Assembly (NCBI GenBank): GCA_963668025.2
Contig: CAXXTH010000017.1
Coordinates: forward strand, 64,001-128,000
Direction of reading: 5' to 3'
DNA: 64,000 bases
DNA from: Candidatus Hydrogenedentota bacterium
Lineage (GTDB): Bacteria > Hydrogenedentota > Hydrogenedentia > Hydrogenedentales > SLHB01
The notes under the pieces were generated by a model. The model did not search any database and was not told where the DNA came from. It saw only the letters and a program-made list of their open reading frames with translations. Positions 60,780 through 64,000 of the stretch are shown here, in pieces (the stretch's first letter is position 1; each line of letters opens with the position of its first letter). A program made the position numbers and the translations under genes.

Positions 60780-62470
60780 CCTAAAAAAGGCAGTAGGAGC
60801 TTGCTTTGGGATTTTTCCAGCCCAATTTTGTAAAGAAATAACTGTCCTGTCCCGCTCTTTACGTTGGCGCCGGCAGCAGGTTGGGGGTGGCCAGCGGCCT
60901 TCCCTCGAGTATTTTGGCGAAGATCCGGCTGAGGATCGTCCGCCATCGTTCGTTCCAGTTCAACTGCCGCGCAGTTGCTTTCACCTCCAATAAAAAGGCG
61001 TTTACGGATTTCAGAACTTGTTCCATAGCATGTCCTTGCGCATGCACGGGGGTGATGGTGAGCGTGGTTTGGCCTCCGTGGCGGGTCTGCTGTCCCACAC
61101 CATACAGCAGCAGAGGGCGGCTTGTGATCGCTTCGGCGTGGCGCTCCGGAATCGCCAAGCGCACGTACAAAGACCACCAATTGTAAATCAGGGCTATGAT
61201 TCGCGCCATGATTTGGCAGCGCTTCATATCGTGGGTGGTATACCCGCCCCACCCCCACTGGTTTTTCTGTTCATCGTAGATGTTTTCCGCATCGCCCCGG
61301 TCGCGATAATGCTGGGCCAAGGCCGATAGGGGGCCTGTCAGCGAAGTGGCCAGCACCGCGTATTCATACTGCTGCACGGCTCCCGCTTGGATCTCAATGA
61401 GCTGTAGTTGGGGGGAGGGGTCAGGCAATAGCGGCTCCGTTTCCAGAACGATACTCCCTTTGAGCTTGCGCCGCAGAACGATTACCCGGCGTTTGCTCGT
61501 CCATCCCATAAGCTCCAGACGGTCTTCCAAACCTTCCCAGCCTTGGCCTGCTGGCGTCCAGTCCTTAGAACAAAAGGCCTGCTGGATAAGCCGTTTCACG
61601 TTGCTGGTCTGCCGCAATTTGAACAGATAGGGCACTCCGCGCGCTTCGGCTTCGCTCATGTCGCGTTCGTTGCCGAAGGCGCAGTCGCCGCGAATCATGC
61701 CCGGCCAGGCCGCGCGCGGCAAGCCATCGAGAAAATGCCACAATCCAGGCATGGTGTATTTCGCCGCCGTCTCGTTGCCCGGCCGGACTTCCACGTCCAG
61801 CACCAAGCGCGTGTTCGCCATAAAATAGGTATGCAGCACATGAGAAGGACGGCCCTGTTTCGCCGGATTGTAGCCCAGCACGGCCCCTTCTTGATGGCCG
61901 AACAGGGGCTTCACGCTTGTATCCACGTCCAAAATCCAAGGCTCATAAAGCAACGGCTCATAACAGCGGCGCAGGTGCTTCTGTAGCCAGCCCGCGCAGG
62001 CTTCCCCGTCCGCCAGAATAAATGCCCGCCGCGCCGAGGAGGCGCTCATGATCTTGCTCATACCCAGCAAGCCCGGGTTCACCGCGTCGTAACGGACCGC
62101 GTCAATGTGCGCATAGCGGGTGTGGCCCGCCAGCACTGATAAAAATAGCGTGCCCAGCACATCCCTCTTGCGCGGCGCATTATTGCTGGCGTACGCCAGC
62201 GGACAGTCCTCCACCCACGCTTCAAAAAGCTCCGCCGTCTTGAGGAAATCGATAAAGAACGCCAACTGGCCAAACGGCGTCGTTGCCGCCTCCCGGTCCC
62301 ATTCCACATGCACCCGGCCCCCGTAGCTATCTACGAAAATCGGCACCTCCAAAGACAACCATTCCTCCTCTCCCAATGGGGGAGCATCTTGCTGTTGCGA
62401 TTCTGTTTCCATGTTCATTATTTTGAACTACTTCCAGCTCGACACTCAAGATTCAACTGGCGTTTTTAGG
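60780..62470 (-). mobile_element. IS1380-family insertion sequence, complete
   Basis: TIRs CCTAAAAAAGGCAGT and ACTGGCGTTTTTAGG. 5-bp TSD ATCAA at 60775-60779 and 62471-62475. Confidence 0.92.
60859..62418 (-). CDS. IS1380 family transposase
   Basis: Motifs LDVDTSVKPLFGHQEGA..GYNP, RGDCAFG and YRDRGDAENIYDEQKNQ. Confidence 0.92.
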   Translation of the reverse strand: MNMETESQQQDAPPLGEEEWLSLEVPIFVDSYGGRVHVEWDREAATTPFGQLAFFIDFLKTAELFEAWVEDCPLAYASNNAPRKRDVLGTLFLSVLAGHTRYAHIDAVRYDAVNPGLLGMSKIMSASSARRAFILADGEACAGWLQKHLRRCYEPLLYEPWILDVDTSVKPLFGHQEGAVLGYNPAKQGRPSHVLHTYFMANTRLVLDVEVRPGNETAAKYTMPGLWHFLDGLPRAAWPGMIRGDCAFGNERDMSEAEARGVPYLFKLRQTSNVKRLIQQAFCSKDWTPAGQGWEGLEDRLELMGWTSKRRVIVLRRKLKGSIVLETEPLLPDPSPQLQLIEIQAGAVQQYEYAVLATSLTGPLSALAQHYRDRGDAENIYDEQKNQWGWGGYTTHDMKRCQIMARIIALIYNWWSLYVRLAIPERHAEAITSRPLLLYGVGQQTRHGGQTTLTITPVHAQGHAMEQVLKSVNAFLLEVKATARQLNWNERWRTILSRIFAKILEGRPLATPNLLPAPT

Positions 62471-62646
62471 ATCAAGGGCAAACCATGCCCATTCGGGCCG
62501 CAAGGGTCCTACACGCGAACCTCCTGCATGATTTATTGCACCCGTAGCGGAGGCGTAATCCCATTGCCACAGGCGAAAACCGCTCCGCGTGTGCCCGCAC
62601 CGTCCGCGCGTTCGCAAACCACGCTATTTCGCAAATGCCTCCTCTG

Positions 62647-64000
62647 GAGGCATTTGCGAAATAAAGAAAATCCGTATTGACAAGGGTTTACAAAGCGGCG
62701 GAATTGGCGCCTACCCCGGAGAATGCGGGGAAAGGGGCTTGGCGGGGGCATGAATAAGGATTTTTTGTGAAAAATCACCCCAAATGCCCTCGGCGAGCGG
62801 GAAAAGGCGTAACGTCTCCCGTGTGTGATTGTAGTATAGTTGACCACATAACCACGCACACACCAAGGAGACGTTTGCGATGGCCATTATACACCAAATG
62901 GGGTTGTTCTCGTGGAACCAGGTCGACGCGGCGTCGGATCTGGATCGGCTGAACCTGTTGCTGGCGGCGCTGCCGGATGAAGATTTGATGCGGGCGATGG
63001 AAGCCGAACGCAAGGGGCGGCGCGACGATTATCCTATCCGCGCGATGTGGAACAGCATACTGGCGGGGATCGTCTTCCAGCACGACGGCGTCGAAAGCCT
63101 GCGCCGCGAACTAGCCCGAAACGGGCAATTGCGCCAGTTGTGCGGATTCGACGTGTTGCGGGGCGCCAAGGCGGTCCCGCCCGAATGGGTGTACACGCGG
63201 TTCTTCGCCAGATTACTGCGCCACTGGAAAGAAGTGGACCGGATGTTCGACGCGCTCATCGTCCGGCTGATGGAACGCTTGCCGGATCTCGGGGTGCGTC
63301 TGGCCGTAGACTCGAAAGCCATCCAAACCCACGCCAAGCCTCCGCGCAAAGACGCGGTCCTGGAAAACGAAGAGCCGGACGGGCGGCGCGACCGCGACGC
63401 AGACTGGGGCACGAAAACCTACAAGGGCGTTCACAAGGACGGCACGCCCTGGGAGAAGGTCAAACGGTGGTTCGGCTACAAGCTGCACCTCATCGTGGAC
63501 ACGAAATACGAATTGCCGCTGGGCTACGCGGTCACGAAAGCCAGCGCCAACGACTCGCCCTTTCTGCTGCCCCTCGTGGCGGCTCTCGACGCGCGCCACC
63601 CCGAACTCGTCCAACGCGCCGAGTACCTCAGCGCCGACAAGGGCTATGATTCCGAAGCCAACAACAAGGGCCTCTTCGAGGAACATGAAATCCGGCCCAT
63701 CGTGGACATCCGGGCGACCTGGAAAGAAGAACCGGAACGGCCCCGCCCTTTATATCCCGAACGGGTAGACACGATCTTCCATACCGAACGAGGTGAAGTC
63801 CTCTGCCGGTGTCGTAACGGCGCCCCCAAACGAACGCGACAACTATGATTCCATGGCCTACCAAGGATTCGAGCAAGATCGGGGAACCTTGAAATACCGT
63901 TGCCCAGCCAAGGCACGCGGGAGCGCCTGTACCCAGCAAGACCTCTGCAACCAAGGATGCCAGCCCGAACACGGACGGATTGTCCGCGTGCCCATCGCTA
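62647..64000 (+). mobile_element. IS5/IS1182-like element, copy 2, tandem and running off the window
   Basis: Appears identical to 59124 onward except for one extra C near 63824. Confidence 0.9.
62880..64000 (+). pseudogene. Transposase copy 2 with an apparent +1 frameshift (possibly a sequencing error)
   Basis: GGCGCCCCCAAA here versus GGCGCCCCAAA in copy 1. The ORF stops at 63848 while DNA identity continues. Confidence 0.75.

Larger units (their letters stand above)
59124..62641 (+). mobile_element. IS5/IS1182-like element, copy 1, containing nested IS1380
   Basis: 17-bp TIR GAGGCATTTGCGAAATA / TATTTCGCAAATGCCTC, flanked by CTCTG at 59119-59123 and 62642-62646. Confidence 0.9.

Noticed and set aside
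63815-63848. Programmed frameshift in transposase copy 2
   Set aside because: It is a single extra C in a homopolymer relative to the intact copy 1, which is more simply a sequencing error or a recent mutation.

Overview
This is a GC-rich bacterial chromosomal segment. The EF-hand/dockerin-like protein and the DUF1559/H-X9-DG pseudopilin-like protein suggest a Hydrogenedentota or PVC-like organism, which is inference only. Housekeeping content includes ybaB-fmt-rsmB-PASTA-rpe, sufBC-sufDSU, nadA, an ArsR/SmtB regulator with an unlisted SmtA-type metallothionein, a Na/Pi symporter with a PhoR-like kinase, fucI, GH32, LacI, metY-cysK and a partial sugar ABC transporter. Mobile DNA is abundant, and its ends were read directly from the sequence: an ISAs1 element, an IS4-like element with a MITE-like relative, a two-ORF DDE element, IS1380 (one full and one truncated copy) and a tandem IS5/IS1182-like pair with IS1380 nested in the first copy. 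The strongest candidate for an undescribed system is an AT-rich cassette inside the suf operon. There a GxxExxY (PD-(D/E)XK-type) gene sits between two hairpin units made from four copies of a ~33-bp repeat with internal 9-mer periodicity, and related orphan palindromes occur elsewhere in the window. Other notable items are DUF6788-like small ORFs with apparently leaderless promoters in two different IS elements, and a DUF6338-like gene coupled to a 40-aa poly-proline peptide. No tRNA, rRNA or CRISPR array was seen. Family names come from motif recognition, not database searches.
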